DNA from: Octopus vulgaris
Lineage: Eukaryota
NCBI GenBank assembly: GCA_951406725.2
Contig: OX597815.1
Span: forward strand, 125,178,001-125,242,000
Length of the DNA stretch: 64,000 nucleotides
Direction of reading: 5' to 3'
The notes below the pieces were generated by a model, which searched no databases, was not told the origin of the DNA, and saw only the letters and a program-made list of their open reading frames with translations. Of this stretch, positions 1 through 14,113 are shown one piece after another. Every line of letters starts with the position of its first letter. Position 1 is the first letter of the stretch. The position numbers and the translations under genes were made by a program.

Positions 1-125
1 CTTGATGTGTCAGTAGTCACAAGAAAAGCCTTCCTAATAAACCAACAGCTGGCTGAAGTTAGAGAACAAGGAAAATCACTGTTGCAGTTACATCCTTATG
101 CATTGTCACTATGGTTGCTGCATAG

Positions 126-165
126 TTACAAAGTAAACTTCTTAAGCACATAGCCACATCTAGAC
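126..165 (-). CDS. Candidate exon 4 (acceptor at 165; exon runs off the window start) carrying the C-terminus of the spliced 61-aa uORF (..R|SRCGYVLKKFTL*)
   Basis: Minus strand reads gtgtgtgtttatag|GTCTAGATGTGG. The phase matches the 35233-35313 exon (AG|G) and the frame ends at TAA 128-126. The acceptor has a GT-rich, weak pyrimidine tract. Confidence 0.5.
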
Positions 166-1556
166 CTATAAACACACACACACACCTTGAAATAATCACA
201 TAAATATCATACTAGTGTACATAAGAAACAATTTGAAATTTTTCTTCTTGTTACCATTATATATTCAACTCACTTTATGTATTCCTTTGTCCCTTCTGTA
301 TGTTATGAATTGTAAATCTCATTCTCTGTAAAAAGAAGGTAGTCTTTGACCAGATTATTTTATTTCTAAGATAGAAAGATCAGTTAAACTTTCTATGAAT
401 GAATATCATCTTCATTATGTGGGCTTTTGTGCAGAAGTATACAGTAAATAATTATATGCATTCAAAGCAAATCCTATTACTACTATGATAGTAATCTGCA
501 TATATTAAACCTAGAAGATATGAAATTAACTCCTTATCATTGCTTTAACGCCCAGATTTCCTTTATAGATATGTATTAATCTGAAAAATTTTGGTGAGGA
601 AATTTATATTTTAACTTCTGAGAAACTGGAGGACAAGTGAAATTGGGAGAAATCAAAGAGAATATGAAGTACTACATAGATAAATGTGTGAAACACTTGG
701 ATTAGTGATCTACGGTAGTCATAAATAAGGTATGTTACTATAGTTGCTTTAGCCTGCTTAGCTGAAAATATAGGTATCACTCACATTTCATACCAGAAAT
801 GGTTAGTAGTAGTAAGGAGAGCCAGTTCTTAAGATATTTGCCTCACCATTAGAAAATTTATACTTTTCAAATGTTAACCTGTCCATCATACTGTCACAGA
901 AAAATGGATATGGAAAATAAATAATACATTAAAAATACACTTAGCAAATAAACTGATCAACAATGTGAAATCCAAATGCCATAGAAGTTCACTGATGGCT
1001 TGAATATTAATTGATCTAGTGTAAATGCAGTCAGCTGAAGCAAAAATAATTAAAACTAGTGACAATAGAACACAATGTAGTTTTCTATTTGAACAAACAG
1101 ATATATGTTATATGGTTTCCAAGGAAGCAAGAACCAAACATAACCTGCGATAGGTCAAGTGATCGATGTAAAAAGATGAAGATAACTTCAAACCGTAGAA
1201 AGCAAAAGGTCACTATCTATGAGTGTACAAGTAAATTGCATTTGAAGAATGGAATGTATCAAATGGAAGAATGAAGGAGACAATGATGGCCAAGGTGCCC
1301 AGAGGAAGTTAGGTAAATGCTTCACAATTAACACCACACAAATGTTTTTTAACAATATTAACTTCTATCCAAAATATATTTTTTAGCAAGCCAGTAAGGC
1401 TTTATCATTAGCATCCAAAATCCAAAGTAAGTATGTGTATTTATCAATGTAGCCATTACTTTTAACATGAAAACTTAACTTCAAAATCAGTTAATACAAC
1501 TAAAGAGAACTTCCATTTGTAATAGAAATGAGTATGTGTGTGCATGAGTATGTGTG

Positions 1557-1560
<4 letters not shown>

Positions 1561-1616
<56 letters not shown>
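1561..1616. repeat. (GA)n microsatellite
   Basis: Perfect AG dinucleotide run. Confidence 0.95.
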
Positions 1617-1619
<3 letters not shown>

Positions 1620-4073
1620 GACAGACAGCGTGTGTGTGTGTACAATAAATGAAGGTTTGACTGCTTGGAAATGCATATCTGTTATATTTAGCTTTAAATA
1701 CACATTATATTGGAGATATCATATGGAGATTTATGCAAAGAATGTTATCCTCATCAAAGGCAATACCCCTACAAGTTTTTCTGTACTGATATTGGACTAT
1801 AATCAATTTCTAATAAACTATAGATTGTTAGTTCTACAAAAACAGAAAGGAAAATGCTGGGATTTTACAATAATAATCTTTTAACTCAAAATTCTTTATA
1901 TCTTAGTCTGCACTTTTATTTACAATGAAAATTCTCTTTTACACCTCCATTTTCATAACTTCATCAAGTATACAATATATATATATTATACAACATTCAT
2001 TTTAGAACTATATGCCAATAATCTGCCAAAAATCTAAAAAGATATAGTAATATATTGATTAGTTTCATTAGTAATGAACAAAGTTTACATTTGGCAATGG
2101 TTTGCAGAGTTGAAGTTGAGAAGAAGAAAAAAAAAAATGGTTTTCTCATGGTCCCTGCTTCATTACATCCAATCTCAGATACTTGCAGTTGCCAAGCAGT
2201 CTATCACATGATTTCTGATTGACTACCATGGTAAGTTCTTGTTTTATATCCTAGGAACATCCTAAGCCACCATTGGCAGTGGTTGCTACTAGACACCAAT
2301 AGTGCTTGTGCTTTGGCAAGCTAGTTTACTCATCTCTAATAGTCTAGAATTATAGTCTATTTCTGTATGGCTATCTTGATAAGAAAGGTAAGCCCAGAAC
2401 ATAAGATTATTGACCGTCTCGATATAAGAAGAAGCAAAACAGAAAATAGAGAAAAAGGTAATCAGATATTAGCTTTAAATTGTACTAAGATTCAGATTCT
2501 CCCAATCAAATATATCAATTTTACAAATTAGTTCCTCCACAACAATGGTTAATCAAATGAACCAAGTGATTTCAATAATAACATTTACTCATTTGTTGAT
2601 CATTTCAGTTCAATTAGATATTAGCAACCACTAAAACATCATCTATACAATACACCATTTGGCTTGAAAACATTACTGTCAGTCGGACATCTAGTCAATC
2701 GAAATTTTCAATCTATTCATATTTTAATAAAACATAGGAAATAGTGAACGAACTTTAAAAGAAAACAAAAATGATCTATAACCAATTAGCATACTGCTGA
2801 TAGTTCATCAGAAATGTATACTAAGTTACCATTATGTAGGTCTATCTTAGTATCAAAATGACAAGAATCTTTCAAGAAATTCTTCTTCTTTTTTAAATAA
2901 AAATTCTAGGAATTTCCATTTGTCAAAAGAAAAACCAAGCTATTATCCCATTTGAGACTTCCTGGCAAATATCAACAACAACTGTTTTAAATCCCTAATG
3001 GAGTGGGTTTTAGATTTTTTTTCTATTTTATTTCTCTGACTATTTCTCTATAGAAGTATCACAGACAAACCCACCCATGAAAATCTTTTCTTAAAAGATA
3101 ATAATTTTTGTTTGCTTTTTTTTTAATCTTTCAAAATTTAAAATATCAGTTTCTCAAGTTTTCTTTTTTTCTTTTCTTTTAATCTGAATACATGAGTTAA
3201 ATAGAAAAATCACTTATCTTTATCAAAGATGAGAAAAACAAAATGTTATAAAAACAAGCAAGATGGTAAAAATTATAAAGAAAACTGTATTTGAATCAGT
3301 TTAAGAAAATAAAATGATCAAATATTTAATTATAAAGCATTAACTGCCAAGTCAGATTTTCAGGTTATTAATAAGAGATGCCTGTTTCTAATTGAGTCAT
3401 GAAAACCAGAACTAATTAAAGTGTTGTTTATAACGAGCTTTGTTAAACTATTATTGTCAATAATGATAGACAGTAAGGGAAATCAGATATATGAGGTCTA
3501 AGAGAGAAAATGTACATTCCATTATTTTAAGATCAAAAGCTAAAAGTTCAAAACTGACAGATGTAAATTTTGTTTCGACATTTAGCTGTCAATACTGAAA
3601 TAGTTAGATGTCAAAATATCACCACCTTTTTTTCTGTTTTTGCATAGTTAAGACAAGTTCACTTTAAAAATAAAAAAAAAGCGAGTAGAATAGCAAGATA
3701 TTCTACTTAATAACACCAGTTATACATAAAACAAAGCTAATAATCAATCAATCAGCAACTGTGAAAATTTTTTAAAATTTATACCTAATATAATTGATAA
3801 TTAATGGTGAATAAATTAATAGCACAGATCATTAGGAAATTGGCAATTTTGCCCACTGTTCTTCATGATTACCTTAATGATTACCTTCAATCTTCAATTA
3901 ATCAGAACAATATGTTATCTATAGAAGAAAGAAAAAAAAAACTATCTGAATTCAGTTACCAGCTCAAAGTTAAATGGAAAATTACTATGAATAATAATCC
4001 TTACTGCTATATAGCCACATGGCCTGAAATTCTGAAGGAAGCAGATAGTTCATAACATTTATCCTAATTCTCA

Positions 4074-4216
4074 AGTGGCATTTTATTCCATCAACCCTGA
4101 GGGAATGAACGACAAAGCTGACTGCAGCAACATTTGTACTCAGAATGTAAAGAACCATAAGAAATGCTGCCAAGTATTTTGACCTACATGCAAACGATTC
4201 TGCCAGCTTGCCACCA
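4074..4216 (-). mobile_element. Degenerate tRNA-derived SINE
   Basis: Reverse complement resembles the head/core of the copy at 36170-36385 (ggcagaatcgtt..ctgagt.caaat..gtc..ctttg.c.ttcat). Confidence 0.6.
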
Positions 4217-4744
4217 TAATCATCATCATTTAATGTCCATTTTCCATGCTGGTTTGATAGGGACCTTCAACTGGAGGGCTGCCCAGGCTCCATAACAATA
4301 ATAAATATTTTTAGGGCAAAAATAAAACTTAAAAATTTATAAATGTAGCACCTACAGTGAGGCTTTCAAGAAAGAAAATGTACAAGTGACATTAGATTAG
4401 TCATTGTTCATTGAAAGAGGCTGCCAGATGGCTGCTACATTTTAGTAACAGTCTATGTAAACTGGAGTGTATTTAGAAATCTTGCAGGATCTTTGCAGCA
4501 GAAGTTGGTAGTCCTTATGTACTCTAACATTATGCTACAATTATAAATCCCAATACAAGACACAATTCATGTAGTACCGTTTTGTTTATTATTTCTGGGT
4601 AATATTCAGCTTGAATAAATGGCTCCTAAACAATACTTTACTCTTTACTGTTACCCAATGAGTTTTGTTTCTAGCTTTGAAAATAAATGGTATACATTCC
4701 AGTATTGCAAATAATTGAAGATAAATTACAAGCACATTAGTCTT

Positions 4745-5075
4745 TATGTTTTAGTTGTTTCAATCATTAGACTGGAGCTGAAAAAATTTAACCTAGTATT
4801 TAATTTTAAGTTTAGTATTTATTCTATAAGTCTTGTGTCAAACCACTAGATTCATGGAGACATAAACAAACCAACATCACTTGTCAAATGATGAAGAAAT
4901 CACAAAAATACACACATACACATGGGCTTCGACACAGTTTCTGCCTACCAAATTCACCCACAAGGCATTGATCAGCTCAGGGTAACAGTAGAAGACACTT
5001 GCCCAAGGTTCCACACAGTGGGGCCGAATGCAAAACCATGTTATAATGCAAGCTTCTTAACAACACAGCCATGTT
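4745..5075 (-). mobile_element. Degenerate SINE
   Basis: Contains gaagacacttgcccaagg...cacacagcc, the reverse complement of the SINE head seen at 41882. Confidence 0.65.
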
Positions 5076-5600
5076 GTATGTATGTTTAAACTATATTTGA
5101 AACAGAATCAAATGTAATTGAGCAGCAAAGATCAAATATAGGTTCCTACATATAAAACTGCATATGTAATTAAACACACACACACAATCTTCCTTTTATG
5201 CCCACTTTCCATACTGGAATGAGTTGGATGAGTCATCACAGTCTAACATCTTTATTTGGTGTTATGGCCTTCCTAGATGAGATGCAGGTCCACATCTCAT
5301 TCATGTTCTACTTTGACATGCTTTTTAGATTCCCTTATTAAGACTGCTCAATTGACAGAATGTACTGGAGAAATTTTATCACTGTACCAGAACCAGTGAA
5401 GTAGCTTTGAATGCCACAAGACCAAAGAGTCCTTACTACCCTACATTGTTTCTATTCATTAAGGTATGGTGACTGAAGGGCAAATTGAACAGCTTATATA
5501 TATATATAATATTAATTCGAGACAAAACCACTATTTTGCAAAACAAACAAGGAAAGACTTAATCAATACATAAAAATTTTTAATAAAAAGAAATAAACCG

Positions 5601-5643
5601 CCACTACAATCGTTTCATGTCTTCAATGACATTCGTCAGGTGG
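5601..5643 (-). ncRNA. Minimal type I hammerhead ribozyme
   Basis: Minus strand: CCAC-CUGACGA-AUGUC-auugaa-GACAU-GAAAC-gauu-GUA-GUGG. Canonical core, paired stems I and II, 2-bp stem III, GUA cleavage triplet. Confidence 0.85.
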
Positions 5644-5711
5644 ATTTTCGATCTCCTAATCTGTTTTAATTTATGACTTCATAAATTAAAACAGATTAGG
5701 AGATCGAAAAT

Positions 5712-5754
5712 CCACCTGACGAATGTCATTGAAGACATGAAATGATTGTAGTGG
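5712..5754 (+). ncRNA. Minimal type I hammerhead ribozyme (mirror copy, GAAAU variant)
   Basis: ccac-ctgacga-atgtc-attgaa-gacat-gaaat-gatt-gta-gtgg; the C-G pair of stem III becomes U-G. Confidence 0.75.
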
Positions 5755-5927
5755 CAGTTTATTTCTTTATATTAAAAATTTTTATGTATTGATTAAGTCT
5801 TTCCTTGTTTGTTTTGCAAAATAGTGGTTTTGTCTCGAATTAATATTATATAATATTTTACTATAAAATTGGATTTAATCCTAAATCTGATTTTTTCCCT
5901 GTAAATTTGGATTTATTCCCTAATATT

Positions 5928-5968
<41 letters not shown>

Positions 5969-5971
<3 letters not shown>

Positions 5972-6190
5972 TTTTATTTGTTTCAGTCATTTGACTGTGG
6001 CCATGCTGGAGCAATGCCTTTAGTCAAGCAAATCGACCTCAGGACTTATTCTTTGTAAGCCTAGTGCTTATTCTATCGGTCTCTCTTGCCAAACTGCTAA
6101 GATATGGGGATGTAAACACACCAGCATCTGTTGCCAAGCGATGTTGAGGGGGACAAACACAGACACACAAACATATACATACATATCCAC
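5969..6190 (-). mobile_element. SINE 3' half (tail shared with the CR1-clade LINE)
   Basis: Reverse complement ends gctccagcatggccacagtcaaatgactgaaacaaataaaaga; body matches 42050-42257. Confidence 0.85.
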
Positions 6191-6450
6191 GAATCTTCGG
6201 TGAGCACCCATTGTTGCTCACCGTCTTCCTCTTGCGGCCCTTCCCTGAGGAGTCCTCTGTCTCCTCAGCCGCCTTCGTTCCCTCTTTTACAGAGGTCTCA
6301 ATTGACTGCTCCAGGACTCCACCTTGCTCCAGAGGACAGTTCTTCTGGCTCTAGGCACCAATGACACCTGTGGGGGCGACCCTCAAGAATCACTGGAAAC
6401 CTGCACCTGGCCATTTTCAAAAAATCTGGCATAACCAGATTCATGGGTGA

Positions 6451-6681
6451 TATATAGGCACAGGAGGGTCTGTGTGGTAAGTAGCTTGCTTACCAACCTG
6501 GGTGGCAGTGGAGCCAGGCTCCTCAATGTGAAAATTCTTCCTGTGGCTGATTGGGTTGGGTCAAAAGCTGTTTTGACCCAACCCAATCAGCCACAGGAAG
6601 AATTTTCACATTGAGGAGCCTGGCTCCACTGCCACCCAGGTTGGTAAGCAAGCTACTTACCACACAGCCCTTCCTGCACCT

Positions 6682-6686
<5 letters not shown>
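6451..6686. repeat. Perfect inverted repeat (97-bp arms 6470-6566 / 6571-6667, 4-nt loop) with SINE heads as its outer ends
   Basis: Base-by-base reverse complement identity. The outer part is the ctgtgtggtaagtagcttgcttaccaacc SINE head. Confidence 0.95.
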
Positions 6687-6711
<25 letters not shown>

Positions 6712-6715
<4 letters not shown>

Positions 6716-7010
6716 TGGCTGTCTACTCCTTATGCAGAGTTTGACCACCTCCTGTACCTACATCTTAGAACCAGCATGGCATCTAATGTGACTTTTTAAA
6801 CCAGAGAAGGTTTTGAAAAGACACCCACATTGTATATCATTGCATATCTGATTTGGACCAACAAGAGCTGCAGTTAAGTTCGGATGTTTGTGTATCTTAA
6901 AATGTCTTTTGAGGCCTCCATTAGATTTGCAGACCTCCTGGCATACATTGCATAGAAAGGTTTGTACAGACATCATTGGTACTCCTACTACAATCAACCC
7001 TGCTGCAGCT
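6712..7010 (-). mobile_element. 3' end of an RTE-type LINE (C-terminal C2H2-like fingers, short 3' UTR, TA tail)
   Basis: ORF 6758-7288 ends CNVCQEVCKSNGGLKRHFKIH...CGCLFKTFSGLKSHIRCH. The stop is followed by about 45 nt and then (TA)n. This C-x2-C..GL.SH.R.H motif is typical of RTE ORF C-termini. Confidence 0.65.
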
Positions 7011-8641
7011 GATGATATTTTTACTGTAACAACAAATGTAGAGATGAGACTGAACATAAACCCTTCCATCAAAGCCAATGGAAATATTTCTTTGTTTTCG
7101 CCTGTCGATGAGTATTTTACCCAAAACAAAGTAATTATTAAATTATCCTTAAGGTAACACAATATCTTGTTACTTTGATACTTATACATTCTTTTGAATT
7201 GTAAAAAGATTTCCAAACCGACTCTATTTTTATACATATATGACATGGGTATGTCTGTATGCTTAAGATGTTTGCTTCCCAACCACATTGAAAAGTAGAT
7301 AATATAACAATTTACTGGAAGTCTGGAGAAATACTATAATTTAAGGTTGGAAAACACCCTGAAGAGGGGTAGGGTCCACTAAGTTGATAAATGTCTCTTG
7401 ACATTTCTTAGATGCCATGGCATTAACAGCTTGGATTAAAAGAACAAAACATAAAATATTGAAACAATGCTGTATATGGATATGAACATAAAATCAATAT
7501 ATATGAAACACAGACATAGCTAGATATTACATACATACACACAAGTAGTCAATATTTCAAGATAATTGAGATAAGCTTGATAATATATTAAAATAAAGTT
7601 GATGATGACTGCTATCATACTATTAGATTTACACAGATGTGGTCATATTTTCATATCTTCTAATTCATATCTTATACATACATAAACATATATGTGTGTG
7701 TGTGGATACACACACACATACAAACATGTATATATGTGTATGTGTATATATGCAAGTATCCATGTATATATACACACACACACACATATAAGTATACGTA
7801 TTTACCTGTACAAATGCTTATGAATATATACAGGATTTTGTAAGTGATTTCAATTCTTTAAAAAAAAACATATTTTTTAGTCTTTTAAAGAAGGAAAATA
7901 CAAAAAAAAACCCTCTGAAATAATGTTCTATTTCCTGATATTAGCTCACAATATTACTGAATTAGAATAAGCATTATAATACTTCTGGTGGGTATTGGGT
8001 TGTTTGGGGGATTTTTTTTTCATAACTATGGAAACTAACTGAACCCAGCTTCAATATTCACAAATACCTCACTCTCACTCTCTTTCTTTCTCTCAGCAGC
8101 GAATTCACAGAGCTGTTAGAATACTGGATAAAACGCTTCCAGATATTTGCTCTGGCTTTCTGCATCTCAAGTCCAAATTCCACTGGGGCTATCTTCAGCC
8201 TTCACACAGGGTCAATAAAGAGAAGGATACCAGACCAGGGTGGTGAAATGATAGAATTGTGAGAGAATTAGACATTTAGTCAAACAAATCACCACCAATA
8301 CTTATTCCAAAGGGTGTCTTTTACTAAACCACTATATTACATGTAATGAAGCAGTGGCAGGGTGGAGACGCAGAAACACACACATACAAAATAATCAGTG
8401 GTTCTTAACCATTTTTATTCTTTTGTAGTGTCCCTTTTAAAATACTGTTATGCCTAGGATCTAGCTAAGTGATGACTGAGGTGTCACAACTAAACTGACT
8501 TAAACAGGGATGATAATTTATAAATATTACTCAAAAAATGGATTGTATAATCTTTTAACAGTGAAATGATAAAAAATTAAGAAAGACATAGGTTGTAAAT
8601 TTACTTAACAAACTGCAAGTTAAGTAGATATGAATGTGTAT

Positions 8642-8725
8642 ATATACAAGGATTTCATAAAACTAGTCTATAAATTAAAACTAGATATACAAGGATTTCA
8701 TAAAACTAGTCTATAAATTAAAACT
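8642..8725. repeat. Direct tandem duplication, 43-bp unit x2
   Basis: atacaaggatttcataaaactagtctataaattaaaact occurs twice. Confidence 0.9.
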
Positions 8726-9019
8726 GACCCCATAAAACAGTGACAAGCAATATCTGTAACAAGTCTTTCTTCCTGATACCTTAGTAGCTTCTAAGTAGAA
8801 GGAAACACAGCATGTTCTTTGTCTACCTCCTTAAATTCTTGGAGATTTTAAGCTAAATTATACTAATGTTTTAATTTAATCAAATTCTATGTCTTTGTGC
8901 AGCTGAGGATTACTCTTCATTTGAATTGTTGTAATGGTTGCATTGTTCAATTAAAAGGAGTTGCATGAAACGATCATACTGCATTACCTCTGGATATCCT
9001 TGTTGCTTATTTTGATTTT

Positions 9020-9615
9020 ATGCATACTAATATATATATTTTCATATATATATGCATACATACATATATGCATATATATATATATATATGCATACATACA
9101 TATATATACGCATACAAATATATGCATACATACATATATATACGCATACATATATATGAATACATACATACATATATGTATATAGCATACATACATATAT
9201 ATATATGCATACATACATATATATATATATGCATACATACATATATATATATATGCATACATACATATATATATATATGCATACATACATATATATATAT
9301 ATGCATACATACATATATATATATATGCATACATACATATATATATATGCATACATACATATATATATATATATGCATACATACATATATATATGCATAC
9401 ATACATATATATATATATGCATACATACATATATATATATATACATACATATATATATATATGCATACATACATATATATATATACATACAATATATATA
9501 TATATATATATATATATGCATACATACATATATATATATATGCATATACATATATATATATATGCATATACATATATATATATATGCATATACATATATA
9601 TATATATGCATATAC

Positions 9616-9647
<32 letters not shown>

Positions 9648-9730
9648 ATGCATATACATATATATATATATATATGCATATACATATATATATATATATG
9701 CATATATATATATATATATATGCATATACA

Positions 9731-9815
<85 letters not shown>

Positions 9816-9866
9816 TATACATATATATATATATATATGCATATACATATATATATATATATATGC

Positions 9867-9923
<57 letters not shown>

Positions 9924-9999
9924 CATACATATATATATGCATACATACATATATATATGCATACATATATATATATATGCATACATATATATATATATG

Positions 10000-10035
<36 letters not shown>

Positions 10036-10779
10036 CATACATACATATATATATATATGCATACATACATATATATATATATGCATACATACATATATAT
10101 ATATGCATACATACATATATATATATATGCATACATACATATATATATATATGCATACATACATATATATATATGCATACATAGATATATATATATGCAT
10201 ACATAGATATATATTTATATGCATACATACATATATATACATATGCATACATACATATATATACATATGCATACATAAATATATATACATATGCATACAT
10301 ACATATATATATACATATGCATACATACATATATATACATATGCAGACATACATATATATACATATGCATACATACATATATATACATATGCATACATAG
10401 ATATATATTTATATGCATACATACATATATATACATATGCATACATAGATATATATTTATATGCATACATACATATATATACATATGCATACATACATAT
10501 ATATACATATGCATACATAGATATATATTTATATGCATACATAGATATATATTTATATGCATACATACATATATATACATATGCATACATACATATATAT
10601 ATATATGCATACATACATATATATATATATATATACATACATACATATACATATGCACACATATATATATATATATACATACATATATATATATATATAC
10701 ATACATATATATATATACATACATATATATATATATACATACATACATATACATATGCATACATACATATATATATATA

Positions 10780-10811
<32 letters not shown>

Positions 10812-10849
10812 CATATGCATACATACATATATACATATACATACATACA
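9020..10849. repeat. Compound (TA)n/TGCA/TACA micro-minisatellite
   Basis: Low-complexity alternating purine-pyrimidine tract. Confidence 0.95.
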
Positions 10850-11220
10850 CTAGCAGTATCGCCCGGCGTTGCTCAGGTTTGTAAGGGAAATAACTATAAA
10901 ACATTTTTAGAGAGTTATAGCCAAAAAATAGCAAAAAAAATGATGGTAATTTTTTTTTTAGTTAAAAAGGTGGAGTTGCATCCCCTAGACAGTTTGCGGT
11001 TTGTGTTTCTAATTCTCGACCCCATGTCGAATTTATCGATTTTTTCAGAACTGGGGGAACTTTTCAAAATTTTCGCTGCGTTAGTTTTGAATTATGACAT
11101 TGGGCTATGTGTGTGTTAAGTTTCATCAGAATCGGTTGAAAGCCGTGGTCAGGGTGAGGGTACAAGCAAACAGACACACAGAAACACGCACAGACAAACT
11201 GCCGTTTATATATATAGAGA
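10850..11220 (-). mobile_element. Non-autonomous Helitron, copy 1
   Basis: Minus strand A|TCTCTATATATATAAACGGC...cctgagcaacgccggg (subterminal hairpin)...CTAG|T; no TSD. Confidence 0.75.
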
Positions 11221-11326
11221 TATACATACATACATATATATATATACATACATACATACATACACATATGCATACATACATATATATATATATACATACA
11301 TACATACACATATGCATACATACATA

Positions 11327-11708
11327 TCTCTCTCTATATAAACGGCAGTTTGTCTGTGCGTGTTTCTGTGTGTCTGTTTTCTCGTACCCTCACCCTGACC
11401 ACGGCTTTCAACCGATTCTGATGAAACTTGACACACACATAGCCCAATGTCATAATTCAAAACTAACGCAGCGAAAATTTTGAAAAGTTCCCCCAGTTCT
11501 GAAAAATCGATAAATTCGACATGGGGTCGAGAATTAGAAACCCAAACCACAGACCGTCTAGGGGACGCAACTCTACCTTTTTTAACTCTCAAAAAAATTT
11601 ACCATCATTTTTTTTCCATTTTTTTGCTATTTTTTGGCTATAACTCTCTAAAAATGCTTTATAGTTATTTCCCTTACAAACCTGAGCAACGCCGGGCGAT
11701 ACTGCTAG
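11327..11708 (+). mobile_element. Non-autonomous Helitron, copy 2
   Basis: A|TCTCTCTCTATATAAACGGC...cctgagcaacgccgggcgatactgCTAG|T. Same family as copy 1, with scattered substitutions and indels. Confidence 0.75.
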
Positions 11709-11860
11709 TATATATATACATACATACATACATATATATACATACATACATATATATATATATATACATACATACATACATATATATACATACATACATA
11801 TATATATATATACATACGTACATACATATATATGCATATATATATATATATATATATATA

Positions 11861-12234
11861 ATAATTATATGAAGGAATATTATTCCTAACTTACAGGGAA
11901 AATTTCAATTTAGAAATACTAAATCAAATTTCACAAAATATAATATATATATTTATATACATAAAAATTAGAAAAAAATCACCTTTTATCAATTAAAAAT
12001 GAACAATTAAATTACACCATCCAGAAAATGACATATAATAGAAATATTAAATATAAAATAACAATAATATACTGATGATTATGTAAATTGCAAATTATAT
12101 ACATTTTAATATTATTTTGCAATTTACTTAATCATCGGTATATTATTGTTAGTTTATTTTTAATATTTCTATTATATGTAATTTTCTACATATTGTTCAT
12201 TGTGAATTGATAAAAGGTATTTTTTCCTAATTCA
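11861..12234 (-). mobile_element. AT-rich fold-back element (probable PLE-type tail plus inverted pLTR fragment), empty-site copy
   Basis: Imperfect inverted arms about 11965-12100 / 12105-12232. The ~100-bp unique end shares ttacagggaaaa with the tail of the 5503-5931 element. Confidence 0.55.
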
Positions 12235-12273
12235 TATATATATATGTATATATATACATATATATATATATAC

Positions 12274-12305
<32 letters not shown>

Positions 12306-12848
12306 GCATACATACATACATATATATATATATATACATACATACATACATACATATATATATATACATACATATATATATGCATACATACATATATATA
12401 TATATATATACATACATATATATATGCATACATACATATATATATGCATACATACATATATATATGCATACATACATACATATATATATACATACATACA
12501 TACATATATATATACATACATACATACATATATATATACATACATACATATATATATACATACATATATATATACATACATACATATATATATATATACA
12601 TACATACATATATATACATACATACATACATATATATATACATACATACATACATATATATATACATACATACATATATATATACATACATACATATATA
12701 TATACATACATATATACATACATACATATATATATACATACATATATATATATATATATACATACATATATATATGCATACATATATACATACATATATA
12801 TATATATATACATACATATATATATATATATACATACATATATATATG

Positions 12849-12887
<39 letters not shown>

Positions 12888-13176
12888 ATACATATATATA
12901 TGCATACATATATACATATATATATATACATATATATATGCATACATATATACATATATATAAATATATATATATGCATACATATATATATGCATACATA
13001 TATAAATGCATACATATATATATGCATACATATATAAATGCATACATATATATATGCATACATATATATATGCATACATATATATATATGCATACACACA
13101 TTTATATATGCATACATATATATATATGCATACACATATATATACATACACATACATATATATATATACATACATA

Positions 13177-13261
<85 letters not shown>

Positions 13262-13631
13262 GCATACATACATATACATATATATATATATATATATGCA
13301 TACATACATATACATATATATATATATATATGCATACATACATATATATATGCATACATATATATATATATATGTGCATACATATATATATATATGCATA
13401 CATACATATATATACATATGCATACATACATATATATATATACATATGCATACATACATATATATACATATGCATACATACATATATATACATATGCATA
13501 CATACATATATATACATATGCATACATACATATATATACATATGCATACATACATATATATACATATGCATACATACATATATATATATATACATACATA
13601 CATATACATATGCATACATACATATATATAT

Positions 13632-13678
<47 letters not shown>

Positions 13679-13826
13679 CATACATATACATACATACATA
13701 TATATATATACATACATACATATACATACATACATATACATACATACATATATATATACATACATACATACACATATGCATACATACATATATATATATA
13801 TACATACATACATACATACACATATG

Positions 13827-13860
<34 letters not shown>

Positions 13861-13907
13861 CATACATAAATATATATATACATACGTACATACATACATA
13901 TATATGC

Positions 13908-13938
<31 letters not shown>

Positions 13939-13982
13939 CGTACATACATACATATATATGCATATATATATATACATATATA

Positions 13983-14028
<46 letters not shown>

Positions 14029-14072
14029 CGTACATACATACATATATATGCATATATATATATACATATATA

Positions 14073-14110
<38 letters not shown>
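12235..14110. repeat. Compound TA/TACA/TGCA satellite tract
   Basis: Low complexity. Confidence 0.95.

Positions 14111-14113
<3 letters not shown>

Larger units (their letters stand above)
5503..5931 (+). mobile_element. Penelope-like element pLTR fold-back (about 174-bp inverted arms, 2-nt loop, plus an ~80-bp unique 3' tail) in (TA)n
   Basis: Arms 5503-5676 and 5679-5852 show 3 mismatches by eye. Each arm carries a minimal hammerhead. TA repeats flank both sides. Confidence 0.8.

Noticed and set aside
6758-7288. Host C2H2 zinc-finger gene
   Set aside because: Only two atypical fingers with no TGEKP linkers, followed by a short UTR and TA tail. This fits an RTE LINE C-terminus, and the ORF's N-terminal part runs into unrelated DNA and a SINE head.
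12071-12100. CTGATGA as a hammerhead core in the fold-back element
   Set aside because: No stem II followed by GAAA, and the second copy reads CCGATGA.
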